The translations under genes were made by a program, and so were the position numbers. A DNA stretch of 64,000 nucleotides. Source: a phage. This document shows positions 1 through 9,891 of this stretch, one piece after another. A model generated the notes under the pieces. The model searched no databases and was not told the origin of the DNA. It saw only the letters and a list, made by a program, of their open reading frames with translations. Numbering within the stretch: position 1 is the stretch's first letter; every line of letters starts with the position of its first letter. The DNA lies in the NCBI GenBank assembly GCA_025812035.1, contig GCA_025812035.1_4719.1; one strand, 5' to 3'.

Positions 1-542
1 TGGATACGGTTTGCGGTGTAGTACGGGAAATTGAGACCAGCCATCACAGTGGTCTTCATCATTCCCGCAATATCGCGTGCGCCATCGAGGAGATAGAACG
101 TAACGCTCCCCGTCCAAGCCAATCCGGTTGTTTTCAATTCTACGACGTGCGGGAACGGGTACGTATCTCCTCGCACAATCGGAGAATCGACACAACTATC
201 CTGATCGATAACGATTCCGTACGTTGATTGGATCAGAGGGATAAGGTCATGTGTTGTTTTAACGCCAGCATCGATAGCGAGCTTCGGTTCCATCCCCAAG
301 AAGAAGTCTTGGATAGGAATACGGTCGTACCATACGTAGCTGCTTTCGCGATACAACGCTGGTGTGACTGTTGCTGAAGGTGATACCTTAGCACGAGTAT
401 TTCGGTTATACGCATGGTTTCCGTTTTCAGCAACATCCGTGATATCAAGCGCGTCGAAGTTAAAGTCGAAGTCAGGATTGGCGGCCTGAATAAGCTCGGC
501 GACCAGTACTTTAGGACTTTTGTTTAACAATTTCTGACTCAT
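1..542 (-). CDS. hypothetical protein, N-terminal part only (gene runs off the left edge)
   Basis: ATG at 540-542 (minus) with AAGGAA SD 6 nt upstream, overlapping the stop of the upstream gene; hand translation stays open for >120 codons (MSQKLLNKSPKVLVAELIQAANPDFDF...); absent from ORF track, presumably because edge-truncated. Confidence 0.5.
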   Translation of the reverse strand, partial: MSQKLLNKSPKVLVAELIQAANPDFDFNFDALDITDVAENGNHAYNRNTRAKVSPSATVTPALYRESSYVWYDRIPIQDFFLGMEPKLAIDAGVKTTHDLIPLIQSTYGIVIDQDSCVDSPIVRGDTYPFPHVVELKTTGLAWTGSVTFYLLDGARDIAGMMKTTVMAGLNFPYYTANRI

Positions 543-552
543 TGTTTATTCC

Positions 553-1488
553 TTAGCCTTGTTCTTCAGGAGAACGACCCTGGAGGCTTGCGGTATGTCC
601 GTCGACATTGTAATAGAAAATCAATGGACCACCGACAGCAGTGCAGTAGTTTTCATCCAGACCGATTTCGATACCGTATTGGTAACCAGCTCGTGCTGGA
701 ATGCGCCCGCCTAATTCACCGTTGAAATCCACTCTAGCGTTATACAAGTTGTACGGTGCTGTGTTGTCGTCGAGTACCCAACGATCGGCAGTCATTTCAG
801 CCAGAAGATCGGCGACCATCACATCACTAATAACGGTACCCGTTACCAGCGAAGCCAACAATTCGCCGTAATTAGACGTATCGCGACTGTAACTATAGAT
901 CTCACCGCTAGCACGTACACCTTGCCCGAAGAACTTAAGACCGTCCAGCTCTTTGATCGCGATAATATCATCAAGATTCGGTACACGCGATTTCATCAAG
1001 ATGCGAACGCTCCCCGTCCAAGCCAGACAGTTAGATACGACACGAAGCAACTGCCCGTTAACGGTATCCCAGTTAAGTTCGTCATTGACGATTTCTTCGG
1101 CGGTAAGACCAAGACCGAAACGTTCCTTGATGATAGGCCAGATATCACGCATCTTGGTGGCGTCTGGCGCATCAATAAGAATAGGTGCTACGTTACGCAG
1201 ATATGCACCGATGTTAATACGATCGTAATACAGCGTCGTTGAACCTTCATAATCGTCTAACTCGGTAAGCTTAGCGGTTGCCGTTGCTGTAATCTGGGTG
1301 TCGCGCTCGTAGGCGCTTTGGTTGGTGGTTGGTGTTCCTAAAACCAATAATTCAGGTGTTAGAACATGTTCTCCGTTCTGAGGTGGGTTATCATGGTTGA
1401 TAAGACCATACACGAGATCGGATGAGGGTAAAGAGACGTCGACCGGGTAAAGTTCGGTGTCGTCAATAGTTGTTACCGTATCACTCAC
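553..1488 (-). CDS. hypothetical protein (311 aa)
   Basis: ORF track; GTG start preceded by GAGGAGG SD; same strand as neighbours. Confidence 0.6.
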   Translation of the reverse strand: MSDTVTTIDDTELYPVDVSLPSSDLVYGLINHDNPPQNGEHVLTPELLVLGTPTTNQSAYERDTQITATATAKLTELDDYEGSTTLYYDRINIGAYLRNVAPILIDAPDATKMRDIWPIIKERFGLGLTAEEIVNDELNWDTVNGQLLRVVSNCLAWTGSVRILMKSRVPNLDDIIAIKELDGLKFFGQGVRASGEIYSYSRDTSNYGELLASLVTGTVISDVMVADLLAEMTADRWVLDDNTAPYNLYNARVDFNGELGGRIPARAGYQYGIEIGLDENYCTAVGGPLIFYYNVDGHTASLQGRSPEEQG

Positions 1489-1547
1489 GGTGGCCTCCTC
1501 GCCAGGAAATAGTTAAAAAAGACATTACGATTTGCTGCGCTATCACG

Positions 1548-3959
1548 TTAAGCGTCCTTGGTAGGCAAAGGTTTAACAATCAAACGATTGAGCGTATTCG
1601 ATAAACGCATGCCAATAGGCTTGTACGCAACATGATTCGTTTCACTTAGAACCGCGGATTTGAAACGACCATTCAACTGTTTGTAAATCGGCTCTATCCA
1701 GAGACCCTGAAGATCACGTTTACGGAAACGTTGCTCAAACGGTTTGATTGGGTTTACGGTCAGACCATGCAACGATTCTGATAGCAGACGTTCACGAAGA
1801 TCACGCGGTGCTCTACCTGGGAACGGTGCAAGCCACAACCCGTTGAGCGGGTTTTTACGGAAACGCAACGAGACAGGATCGGTAATAACTTGCGCCCAAT
1901 ATTGCGTACTGAATCGTACGGTTTGAGTATTCTCGTAACCGCTACAATCACACCAGGTTGGTTTTGGAGGCGCTTCCAAACTTTCAACCGCCGATTCACG
2001 CCAGTTCGTCATCGGGTTGTTATCGTGTACGAATTTGATAACTTCCGTAGCCTGGTTATCCGTATCATGAACGCATGCTTGTGCCCAGTCCTCCCACAGT
2101 TCTTCACTACCGCTTACTAAACTCGAACCAAGACGGATGGCAATTTTGTTCAGCGGTTTGATAGGATCGCTGTTGATTGTCTGGATAAAATGGATGGTGT
2201 AACTACTCAATGTCTTGAGCAATTGCAACATTCCGTATTGAATATCCTTAAGGCTGGTGACATCTTCCAAGTCTTGACCGGTGGCCTTTGTGAAGATATC
2301 GAGAGCCAGAATTCCCGCCTCTTCTTGACTGATTGCGTCAAGCTCCCAATCCATCGCTAAGAACCATTCCTTGTAAAGCTGTCCAATACCGAAGTCGACA
2401 CCAACATCCATGTAGAAATTCTCAACGATCGCTTCAGCCATACCTCGAGCTTGATAATGCTCTTGGAGCTGATACATGAATTGATGGCGACGCCAGCCCT
2501 GGTAGATCTCGGTAACGACGTTGAGAAACTCTTCAGTACTGACGACCGGACGCAATGTTACTTGCTTATCTAAACACCACCAGATCAGTTTATCGGGAAT
2601 GATAACAGGATCGGTAATACTGCGGAGATGGTCGAATGTCGGTAACGTTAACACCCGGACATGATTGGCATGTATCTTAGGTACTTCAATCAGCGTCATG
2701 CCCATCGAATAGTTCAGCAAATACAAGAACAGCTTGTAGGCATCTTTCATCGACATCGTCATGGTATCACCCGTCACCGGGTTGGTTGTCGTCAACCGTG
2801 ACTGATACATGCCTATCGCGCTAAGATGGATCCACTCATTCAGCAGGAAATCATACTTAGGATACAATTCACTGTCTGTAAGGTCTTCTGCTTCACTTTC
2901 CAATACCTTGGTCGTTAAGGTATTGTTGTCGTGCATCGACATCTTCTCTATCGTGCGGTTAAGCTCGGTATAATACTCTGCTTCGTTATCCCGCGCTAAA
3001 GGGAACTGTTGCTGCATGACGGTGGTGACCTTACGTCTAACCGTACCGTTGCCGACGATCTCTTGAAGGTTCAGCGGTTTACGCTCCATGTAAACGGTAG
3101 GTTTTAACGTCTGAGGTATCTCGGAAGCGTCTTGTTTGATTGAGAACGCACCGATTGGAATTCCACGATCGGTTAATACCTTTTGAATGAGCTTATCGTA
3201 GTTTTCCGTTCTACCCATGTTTCTTTCAACGTAAGCGATGTTACGATAGAACCAGAGCATCTGGGATTCCGTCATGTATCGCTCGAATCGATCAAGACCC
3301 TGATGGCTTGCCAGATAACTCCAGATATGGAAGCTATGGGCATAATGGGTATGACAGTTTTCCCAACGAATACCTTTTATCATCTCAGGTATTTGTGTGA
3401 ATAGAATGGCGTATAACGCAGGCCAATGAAGCATATCGACGCTTTCATACGCCGGATGTTCCCAACGTCTAAAGTAATCGTCGATTTCCTGCTGTAATCG
3501 CGGGATAAGGTTGGCCTCGCGTGACTCAACCTCTCGTGTATCGTACCAGAGAATCTCATGATTGCGAGCCGCAATTGCTTTCTCGATATCGATGGGGTTA
3601 AGGATACCCAAAATCAACATACGTTGTTCTGGGTACCGCGCAATTAAACGATTGAAATAATCTCCGCCGTACGCGTATTCTCTTGCGGTCATGCGATGCC
3701 GTAGCATGTTTTCCTTGGTGAACTCGATCTCCTCGAGCGTATCCAGGGAATTTACGGTCATCATTGTCTGACAAGGATGATACTCGCCAGCGAGATTCAT
3801 GTAGTATAACCACGTGCGTGGGTCGTCCCCGACGGCCATCTGGTAGACTTCGGAAACCTTGAGGTTTAACCGTTCTGCCGTGATGTCACTTTTAATAATC
3901 AGGGTGTCCGTTAGACGCTGCACGCTTTCCGAATAAAGCTGATAGTCAGTGTTGGACAC
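1548..3959 (-). CDS. hypothetical large protein (~803 aa; track ORF extends to 4028 with a TTG)
   Basis: ORF track 1548..4028; first start with a good SD is the in-frame GTG at 3957-3959 (GGAGGA 6 nt upstream); C-terminal tandem peptide repeat RFRKNPLNGLWLAPF / RFRKRDLQGLWIEPI; no Walker A seen, so not called terminase. Confidence 0.5.
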   Translation of the reverse strand: MSNTDYQLYSESVQRLTDTLIIKSDITAERLNLKVSEVYQMAVGDDPRTWLYYMNLAGEYHPCQTMMTVNSLDTLEEIEFTKENMLRHRMTAREYAYGGDYFNRLIARYPEQRMLILGILNPIDIEKAIAARNHEILWYDTREVESREANLIPRLQQEIDDYFRRWEHPAYESVDMLHWPALYAILFTQIPEMIKGIRWENCHTHYAHSFHIWSYLASHQGLDRFERYMTESQMLWFYRNIAYVERNMGRTENYDKLIQKVLTDRGIPIGAFSIKQDASEIPQTLKPTVYMERKPLNLQEIVGNGTVRRKVTTVMQQQFPLARDNEAEYYTELNRTIEKMSMHDNNTLTTKVLESEAEDLTDSELYPKYDFLLNEWIHLSAIGMYQSRLTTTNPVTGDTMTMSMKDAYKLFLYLLNYSMGMTLIEVPKIHANHVRVLTLPTFDHLRSITDPVIIPDKLIWWCLDKQVTLRPVVSTEEFLNVVTEIYQGWRRHQFMYQLQEHYQARGMAEAIVENFYMDVGVDFGIGQLYKEWFLAMDWELDAISQEEAGILALDIFTKATGQDLEDVTSLKDIQYGMLQLLKTLSSYTIHFIQTINSDPIKPLNKIAIRLGSSLVSGSEELWEDWAQACVHDTDNQATEVIKFVHDNNPMTNWRESAVESLEAPPKPTWCDCSGYENTQTVRFSTQYWAQVITDPVSLRFRKNPLNGLWLAPFPGRAPRDLRERLLSESLHGLTVNPIKPFEQRFRKRDLQGLWIEPIYKQLNGRFKSAVLSETNHVAYKPIGMRLSNTLNRLIVKPLPTKDA

Positions 3960-3986
3960 GATCGGTCCTCCAAGGAGCCAGTGTAA
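3960..3986. promoter_or_regulatory. 27-bp divergent intergenic region with back-to-back Shine-Dalgarno sequences
   Basis: GGTCCTCCAAGGAGCC reads AAGGAG on plus (for 3987 ATG) and GGAGGA on minus (for 3959 GTG). Confidence 0.4.
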
Positions 3987-6893
3987 ATGAACGATATAAA
4001 TAAAGGGCGCGTCGCCCTCGAACGTCAAATGAGCAATAATGACGTTGCGAAGGCACTCATGAACAAATTTGTCGCTCCTGCCCCGCAGTCACGTCTTTAT
4101 AATACACGTGAGGCGGAAGGAGGGAACGGTCGTTTCGGGTTAGTTGTTCCCGACCAGATGACGATGAACACGGTTACGCGTGCGACAGCGACAAACATCG
4201 AGGATAATAAAAACATTCTCGAGTTGTTCCCTGAACTTAAACGCGTGATGCAGATCTATGTTGCCGCGTTGACGAACCCTAACGATCTTAAGACGGTCGA
4301 GATGTTTATCGATAGCGAAGATTTCCCCGGCAGAGTCGCAGAAATCGTTCAGCCGATGATCGATACCATCGACACGCATTTTAAGAATATCTATAAAATA
4401 AAGACGCTTATCCCTCGTATCATCGAAGACGTCTTCTTTATCAAGGGTAGTTATAACTTCGTTGTTCTGCCCGAAAGTACGCTCGATCGTGCTATTAACG
4501 GTAACGGCCAACTGAAACTTGAAGAATACGGATTCAGAGATAACCATTTTGCAAGTTGGGGGCTTTTAGGTAACGATAGTCGCAAGCGTCAAGAAAACCA
4601 ACTGCCCGCGACGGTTTCGATGGAAGATTATTTCTCAGGCGTTAACGAAACCTTATCGTACGATCCGGTTGTTCGTATAGACAGCATTAAGTTTACCAAT
4701 ACCCTGCTTCGTGATAAGGATGGTAAATTCATTGAAGCGAAGATCGATATTCCGGATATGGTTACGGTTGTCGATAACCCGGATATCCTCCGCATGCCCA
4801 TTTTGCATCAGCGTCGAGCAGCGACAGCGGTGCAACGTGCGTTACGTGCAAACACATTAGGAGGTAGTGGTCTGGTAACGCTGTCTGGTGATCCGACTCA
4901 AACCGCAAACCGGCGTGAGCTGACGCAAGAACAGGTTAACGAGATCTGGAATAAACTCAACATCCAGCGTCATACCAAGGTATCTCCCGTTTACGCGTTG
5001 GCAACCCCAGATACGCTTGACCGTCAAAGCGTTGGTCACCCCGGCGTGATGCATGTACCGCCTGAGGCATTAGAACCAGTACATGCGCCAGGTGATCCGG
5101 AGAACCATATCGGGTATTTAGTTCAGTTGGATGAGTTTGGTTATCCGGTGCGTTTGGTTGAAGATGCGGCGTATTACAAGCAGTTGGAAGGTCGGTTGTC
5201 GAAGATCACCGCGGATATCGCAGGTACTTCAAGCAATGGCATGGCGAGCGAGATGATTGGTGCGGCCAAGAACATGGTCCAAGGTACGTCATGTAATCAG
5301 GTAGACATGTCGGCCTTCGTATCATCGTACGAATCACTGATGCAACGCTACATCGTTGAACGTATTGTCAACGGTTATCTAGGTAGTGCAGTGGAGATCG
5401 GTGCGACATCATCGTTTTACCTATCGATGCTTGCTCGTAGTCTCGCCCACAAGCAGACTCGTGTTTTGTTTATTCCTCGAGAGATGGTTACATACATCGC
5501 TTATGAATACAACAAATACGGTATCGGCCGTTCGTTGCTTGAAAGCACGAAGATGATCTCGTCACAACGCGCCATGCTCATGGTTCAGGAACTGATGGCG
5601 AAAATCAAGAGTTCGTTGAACTACACAACGCTAAGTGTAATGCTTGAAGACACCGACAGAAACCCGGTCGATACCGTCGAACAAGCGTTACATAGCTTCG
5701 CTCGTGTTTACCAGTCTGGTTTCCCACTGGGTGAAACTAACCCAATGGATATCATCAATGCGTACGAACGAAGCTCGATTCGATTGAAGGTCGAGGGGAA
5801 TAACCCACGTTTCCCGAAATTGAATACCGATGTTAGCGTCGAGCAGCGTAACTATCAGTCCCCTGATAATGAATTGATGGATCGTTACCGTCGTGACCAT
5901 TTCATGGGTCTGGGTGTTTCTCCAGAGATCGTTGATACTTCTTACCAATCTGAATTCGCAGCTTCTGTGATTACAGCTAACGCGATGCAAGAGAAACAGT
6001 TCACGGTTTGTCGTGAGGTTATCGTGAATGGGTTAACCGATCACATCAAGAAGTACACGGCTTACAGTCCTGTACTGCTGACGTCGCTGCGAAACACGGT
6101 TCGTGCGAACATGTCTAAGCTCTCCCAAGCACAATTGAAGCAGCTTTTTGGTAGCGATTTCGAAAACGGTGTCATTCGTAACGTTAACGCTTACCAGGAG
6201 ATCGATGACCAGTCAGCAACGATGGATCTGGATTACTCTAAACCAGAAGTTCAGGAAGTTATTGCCGATGCTTACGTATCCATGTTCTTAAACAGTCTGC
6301 AGGTACGTTTACCGGATAGCAATGCTCGCCGCCTTGAAGATCAGGTGCGGGAATATAATCAGTACAAGGAAGCGATTACCGCACAACTTGATGATTATTT
6401 AACGCCTGATTACGTTATGGGTCTGGGTGGAGTCGATGAAACAACATTGCAGATGATTCGTGCGTGCATTATCGGTACTGCAATGCGTACTTGGGCAAAA
6501 GAGAACAACTTCAATCAGGAGTTAGCGGATCTCTTCAGTCTCGATGATAAGAAGAATGCCGTGCAAGATTGGAAACGTGCATCCATGGAACATATCGAAA
6601 TCATGGGTAAATGCATGGGTGATTTTGCACTGTATATTCAGAATCTGACGAAGAAGATTGAAGAGAAGATGGGAGATCAAGCGCAGGACGGTAGCGTTTC
6701 ATCTGATGGCTCTTGGTCGTCTGATTCAAGTAGCGATACAGGTTCTTCTGATGACTTCGGTGGTGATGATTTCGGGGATACCGATTTCGATACCGAAACG
6801 GTGGAGGAAACCTCAACAGAGGAGACAACTACGTCTGAGGATACGACTACCGACACAACGTCGGAAGACGAGACTTCAGGTGATATTGTCTAA
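3987..6893 (+). CDS. hypothetical large protein (968 aa) with acidic Ser/Thr/Asp/Glu-rich C-terminal tail
   Basis: ORF track; AAGGAG SD 9 nt upstream of ATG; last ~75 residues are low-complexity (SSDGSWSSDSSSDTGSSDDFGGDDFGDTDFDTETVEETSTEETTTSEDTTTDTTSEDETSGD). Confidence 0.65.
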   Translation: MNDINKGRVALERQMSNNDVAKALMNKFVAPAPQSRLYNTREAEGGNGRFGLVVPDQMTMNTVTRATATNIEDNKNILELFPELKRVMQIYVAALTNPNDLKTVEMFIDSEDFPGRVAEIVQPMIDTIDTHFKNIYKIKTLIPRIIEDVFFIKGSYNFVVLPESTLDRAINGNGQLKLEEYGFRDNHFASWGLLGNDSRKRQENQLPATVSMEDYFSGVNETLSYDPVVRIDSIKFTNTLLRDKDGKFIEAKIDIPDMVTVVDNPDILRMPILHQRRAATAVQRALRANTLGGSGLVTLSGDPTQTANRRELTQEQVNEIWNKLNIQRHTKVSPVYALATPDTLDRQSVGHPGVMHVPPEALEPVHAPGDPENHIGYLVQLDEFGYPVRLVEDAAYYKQLEGRLSKITADIAGTSSNGMASEMIGAAKNMVQGTSCNQVDMSAFVSSYESLMQRYIVERIVNGYLGSAVEIGATSSFYLSMLARSLAHKQTRVLFIPREMVTYIAYEYNKYGIGRSLLESTKMISSQRAMLMVQELMAKIKSSLNYTTLSVMLEDTDRNPVDTVEQALHSFARVYQSGFPLGETNPMDIINAYERSSIRLKVEGNNPRFPKLNTDVSVEQRNYQSPDNELMDRYRRDHFMGLGVSPEIVDTSYQSEFAASVITANAMQEKQFTVCREVIVNGLTDHIKKYTAYSPVLLTSLRNTVRANMSKLSQAQLKQLFGSDFENGVIRNVNAYQEIDDQSATMDLDYSKPEVQEVIADAYVSMFLNSLQVRLPDSNARRLEDQVREYNQYKEAITAQLDDYLTPDYVMGLGGVDETTLQMIRACIIGTAMRTWAKENNFNQELADLFSLDDKKNAVQDWKRASMEHIEIMGKCMGDFALYIQNLTKKIEEKMGDQAQDGSVSSDGSWSSDSSSDTGSSDDFGGDDFGDTDFDTETVEETSTEETTTSEDTTTDTTSEDETSGDIV

Positions 6894-6923
6894 ACGGATG
6901 TAAAAAAAATAACACATAGTTAA

Positions 6924-6958
6924 CCTTCTCCCCAACCCGATGAGGGAAGGGGAGAAGG
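6924..6958. terminator. bidirectional hairpin between convergent genes
   Basis: Perfect 10-bp stem CCTTCTCCCC/GGGGAGAAGG around inner CCC-GATGA-GGG; A8 tract upstream and T-rich downstream on plus. Confidence 0.6.
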
Positions 6959-6975
6959 GCTATGCGCTATTTAAT

Positions 6976-7251
6976 TTATTTCGAGGTTAACCACGATTCA
7001 ATTGCGGTGAGGTTGCATTTCAGTTCACGCCAACTAGGGTGTGGTGGGATCACAGCACCTTTGTCGATTATGGTTAGCTGAACCTGGTACTTCTGTTGCA
7101 TACGCGCTACCGTATCGCTTGCCGAGAGGAAAAGCTGGTAACGTTCGTACGCCGTCAGTTCGCGGTCCTGATAAACCGCGTAGGTGGCTAACGTAACTTC
7201 GCGTAAGTCCTTTGCGTCCACAGAGACGGTGATGAGTTTATATTGACTCAT
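6976..7251 (-). CDS. hypothetical small protein (~91 aa)
   Basis: ORF track 6976..7281; internal ATG at 7249-7251 has AAGGAAA SD, first ATG does not. Confidence 0.5.
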   Translation of the reverse strand: MSQYKLITVSVDAKDLREVTLATYAVYQDRELTAYERYQLFLSASDTVARMQQKYQVQLTIIDKGAVIPPHPSWRELKCNLTAIESWLTSK

Positions 7252-7313
7252 ACGGTTTCCTTTGCAACTAGGGTATTGCAAACGACAATACCCATCATCG
7301 GATGATAACTTAA

Positions 7314-9857
7314 TTACTGCTCTTCACGTTCCAACAGATACTCGGAAGCGGTAATACCATTTACCGTACGTACTGCTTTCAGACGAGTATCATCGTTCAG
7401 AATCACGGTAACAGACTGTAGACCTTTTACTTTGGTCTCGAAGGTCTTGAACACCTGATCCAGCATACGAGCAATGCTTGGGTTGGTTGCAGCTGACGCG
7501 TGAGTGTAACCGCTCTGGTTCAGATTCAGAATCTTGGCATTGGTCGGTACGCGAACAACAACATGCGGACGCATAGCGAACACGCTGTGATTGAACCAGT
7601 AAGCATCGTTGCTGTCTTCGTCAGTGACGATGTCTGGATTAACACGCATATCCTCAACAGCCGCATCAGCCAAACGACGTTCGATTTCGTCAGCGTCCAG
7701 AGAGCCATCTTTCTCCAGTTCTGCACGATACTCACTCATGGCAACCAAATGACGTTCACGATTCACCGTAGATTTTTCGTGAGCGACTTTCAGGTAGTCA
7801 TGCATGTTGTACAGTTCTGCCATAGACAGACGAATGTTCCACTGACCATCACCGTCACGGTTGCAGTAGAGACACTTCAGCATGTTGACCCAGGTATGGT
7901 AGCAATTGGAGAACTCATCTTCAATAAACTTCTGATCCATTTTAAGATCGTGAATCAGCCAGCCGGACAGTTCTCCGATATCATCAACGAAGCTAGAGAT
8001 GGTGGTTTCAGAGAAGTCCTTCGGTACGATACGTTTGATCAACTTGTTGACGTCTTTGGTCATGCTATCGTTCAGGAAATGCCAAATACGCAGAGGAATG
8101 ACATCTCGATACTGTTGCATGATCTGACGATAAGCCGCAATATCGTCGCTACGACCTTTATCAATAGACAACGCATCCAGGAATTCATGGATAGCATCCA
8201 GCTCTTTGTCGGTATAAGTTCCCAGATAGGAATTGACCGTGGCAAGGAATGCTAATGCGTCGTTTTGGTTGACGTCGGTGTTGGTCTGCTGGATGATCGC
8301 CACAGCAGCTTTGGTTTCAGCATCCTCAACGCTCGATGCTGCGATCGCATCGGTAACGGTAAACAGTTTCATTTCGCGTTGTTCGCCGACAACGATTGGT
8401 TCACGTTGAACCGGTTTGTTGAGGCTAACGCGGACAACCTCCGATTGCGCGATGCGGTCCAGTTTTATCATTTCCTGCTCTGCCATACGACGAGCGGTTG
8501 GATCTGATTCAAGTTCGATGTATTCCACTTCTTCCTCCGTGAGGGATGTAATGTCAACAATGGTTTCATGAAGAATTCCGTTTTCGTCGATACGTGCTCG
8601 ACGAGCGAAGTGCCTGAAGTCATACAACGTTGGCCAGCGACAATTAGGTGCGTAGTCTTTGGCCTTCAGACGCATCTGCATAAATTCTTCATGTTGAACA
8701 ACACGACCGTAACGCTTAGCATCTTCGGTCGCATCAATGGGATTAACGGTCTTTGTTGCCGTAGCGGAACGAACCGTACGGATGGGTTCCGGTTTAGTCT
8801 GCACAGGTTCAGGTTGAACAGGTTTCTGCTGTCCAGACTTAACATGCCATTCGGGTTCTTCGTACCGTTCAGCGAACTGTTCGGCTGCTGCAAAGATATC
8901 GTTGATACCACCGACGTCTCCTTCGGGATTCGTCGAGTAGATACGTGGTTGTGGTGCCTCGTAACGCGGCGCTGTGGTAGCAGGTGCATCATCAACGATA
9001 GGATCATCACCAACATCATACAAACGGTTGAACGCACAATCCTTCGAATCAATGTACGATGGAGCTTGTGGTTGAACAACCGTCGGTCGAGGTTGTGCGC
9101 CGTATCCTGGCATCGTTGGAGCCATACCACGCATAACCGCTGGACTCGGTTGGTATTGCGGTTGCGGATAGGTTCCATATGCAGGTTGCTGCGGTTGACC
9201 GTACCCGGTGCTGGCCATCGCATTTGCTTGTGGTCCGCGATACGTCATTCCCATCTGCATCACCTGTTGCTTCAAACCACGCGATTTTTGCGCGATTTGC
9301 GCCAGGCTCCCGTTTTTATTGAGCTGTGTATACTTATTCGCGGCTTCCGGGTTAACGCGTGATAACTCAATCGCACGATAATACTCCGGGTATTGATTAG
9401 GTTCAAAGAGCCACGTTACAAGATGATACAGCGCAACCGTGCTCACGGCAGCAGTGACGATCTGGTCGGTGGACGCATTCTGCGGCATCGGGTTGATGTA
9501 AGAGAATACGTTCCAGCAGCAATCTTCAACAAGCGATTCCATCATCATATCGCTATTGGTATAACGCGCGACGAAATCGGTTTGTATCTTATCTTGCTGT
9601 GCGAAGTCTTTCAAGACGTTAAAGATAGCCTGACGGATTTTGACGATCGTTGCTTCTTGGGTGATGAAGTTATAGTTCTGCTGATACGCCGGTTGCTGGT
9701 ATTGTGGTGGTTGATAGGTGTTATTCGGGTATGGGTTGTACGGCGGTTGCTGGTATTGTTGCTGACGTACCTGCTCCGCGGCATAATTAATCGTGCTCGC
9801 ATAAGGGTTTTCGCTATAGCCCATTTGCTGGTACATGTTGTTACTACCATTATACAT
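7314..9857 (-). CDS. hypothetical protein (847 aa) with Gln/Tyr/Pro/Asn-rich low-complexity regions
   Basis: ORF track; AAAGGAT SD; N-terminal ~70 aa (MYNGSNNMYQQMGYSENPY...QQQYQQPPYNPYPNNTYQPPQYQQPAYQQNYNF) and internal GYGQPQQPAYGTYPQPQYQPSP segment. Confidence 0.65.
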   Translation of the reverse strand: MYNGSNNMYQQMGYSENPYASTINYAAEQVRQQQYQQPPYNPYPNNTYQPPQYQQPAYQQNYNFITQEATIVKIRQAIFNVLKDFAQQDKIQTDFVARYTNSDMMMESLVEDCCWNVFSYINPMPQNASTDQIVTAAVSTVALYHLVTWLFEPNQYPEYYRAIELSRVNPEAANKYTQLNKNGSLAQIAQKSRGLKQQVMQMGMTYRGPQANAMASTGYGQPQQPAYGTYPQPQYQPSPAVMRGMAPTMPGYGAQPRPTVVQPQAPSYIDSKDCAFNRLYDVGDDPIVDDAPATTAPRYEAPQPRIYSTNPEGDVGGINDIFAAAEQFAERYEEPEWHVKSGQQKPVQPEPVQTKPEPIRTVRSATATKTVNPIDATEDAKRYGRVVQHEEFMQMRLKAKDYAPNCRWPTLYDFRHFARRARIDENGILHETIVDITSLTEEEVEYIELESDPTARRMAEQEMIKLDRIAQSEVVRVSLNKPVQREPIVVGEQREMKLFTVTDAIAASSVEDAETKAAVAIIQQTNTDVNQNDALAFLATVNSYLGTYTDKELDAIHEFLDALSIDKGRSDDIAAYRQIMQQYRDVIPLRIWHFLNDSMTKDVNKLIKRIVPKDFSETTISSFVDDIGELSGWLIHDLKMDQKFIEDEFSNCYHTWVNMLKCLYCNRDGDGQWNIRLSMAELYNMHDYLKVAHEKSTVNRERHLVAMSEYRAELEKDGSLDADEIERRLADAAVEDMRVNPDIVTDEDSNDAYWFNHSVFAMRPHVVVRVPTNAKILNLNQSGYTHASAATNPSIARMLDQVFKTFETKVKGLQSVTVILNDDTRLKAVRTVNGITASEYLLEREEQ

Positions 9858-9891
9858 TTCTTACGATCCTTTTTATTTATTCGGTTATGTG

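Noticed and set aside
233-448. 71-aa minus-strand ORF from the track
   Set aside because: Embedded in a different frame of the edge-truncated minus-strand gene 1-542, which has a proper SD and start; judged spurious.
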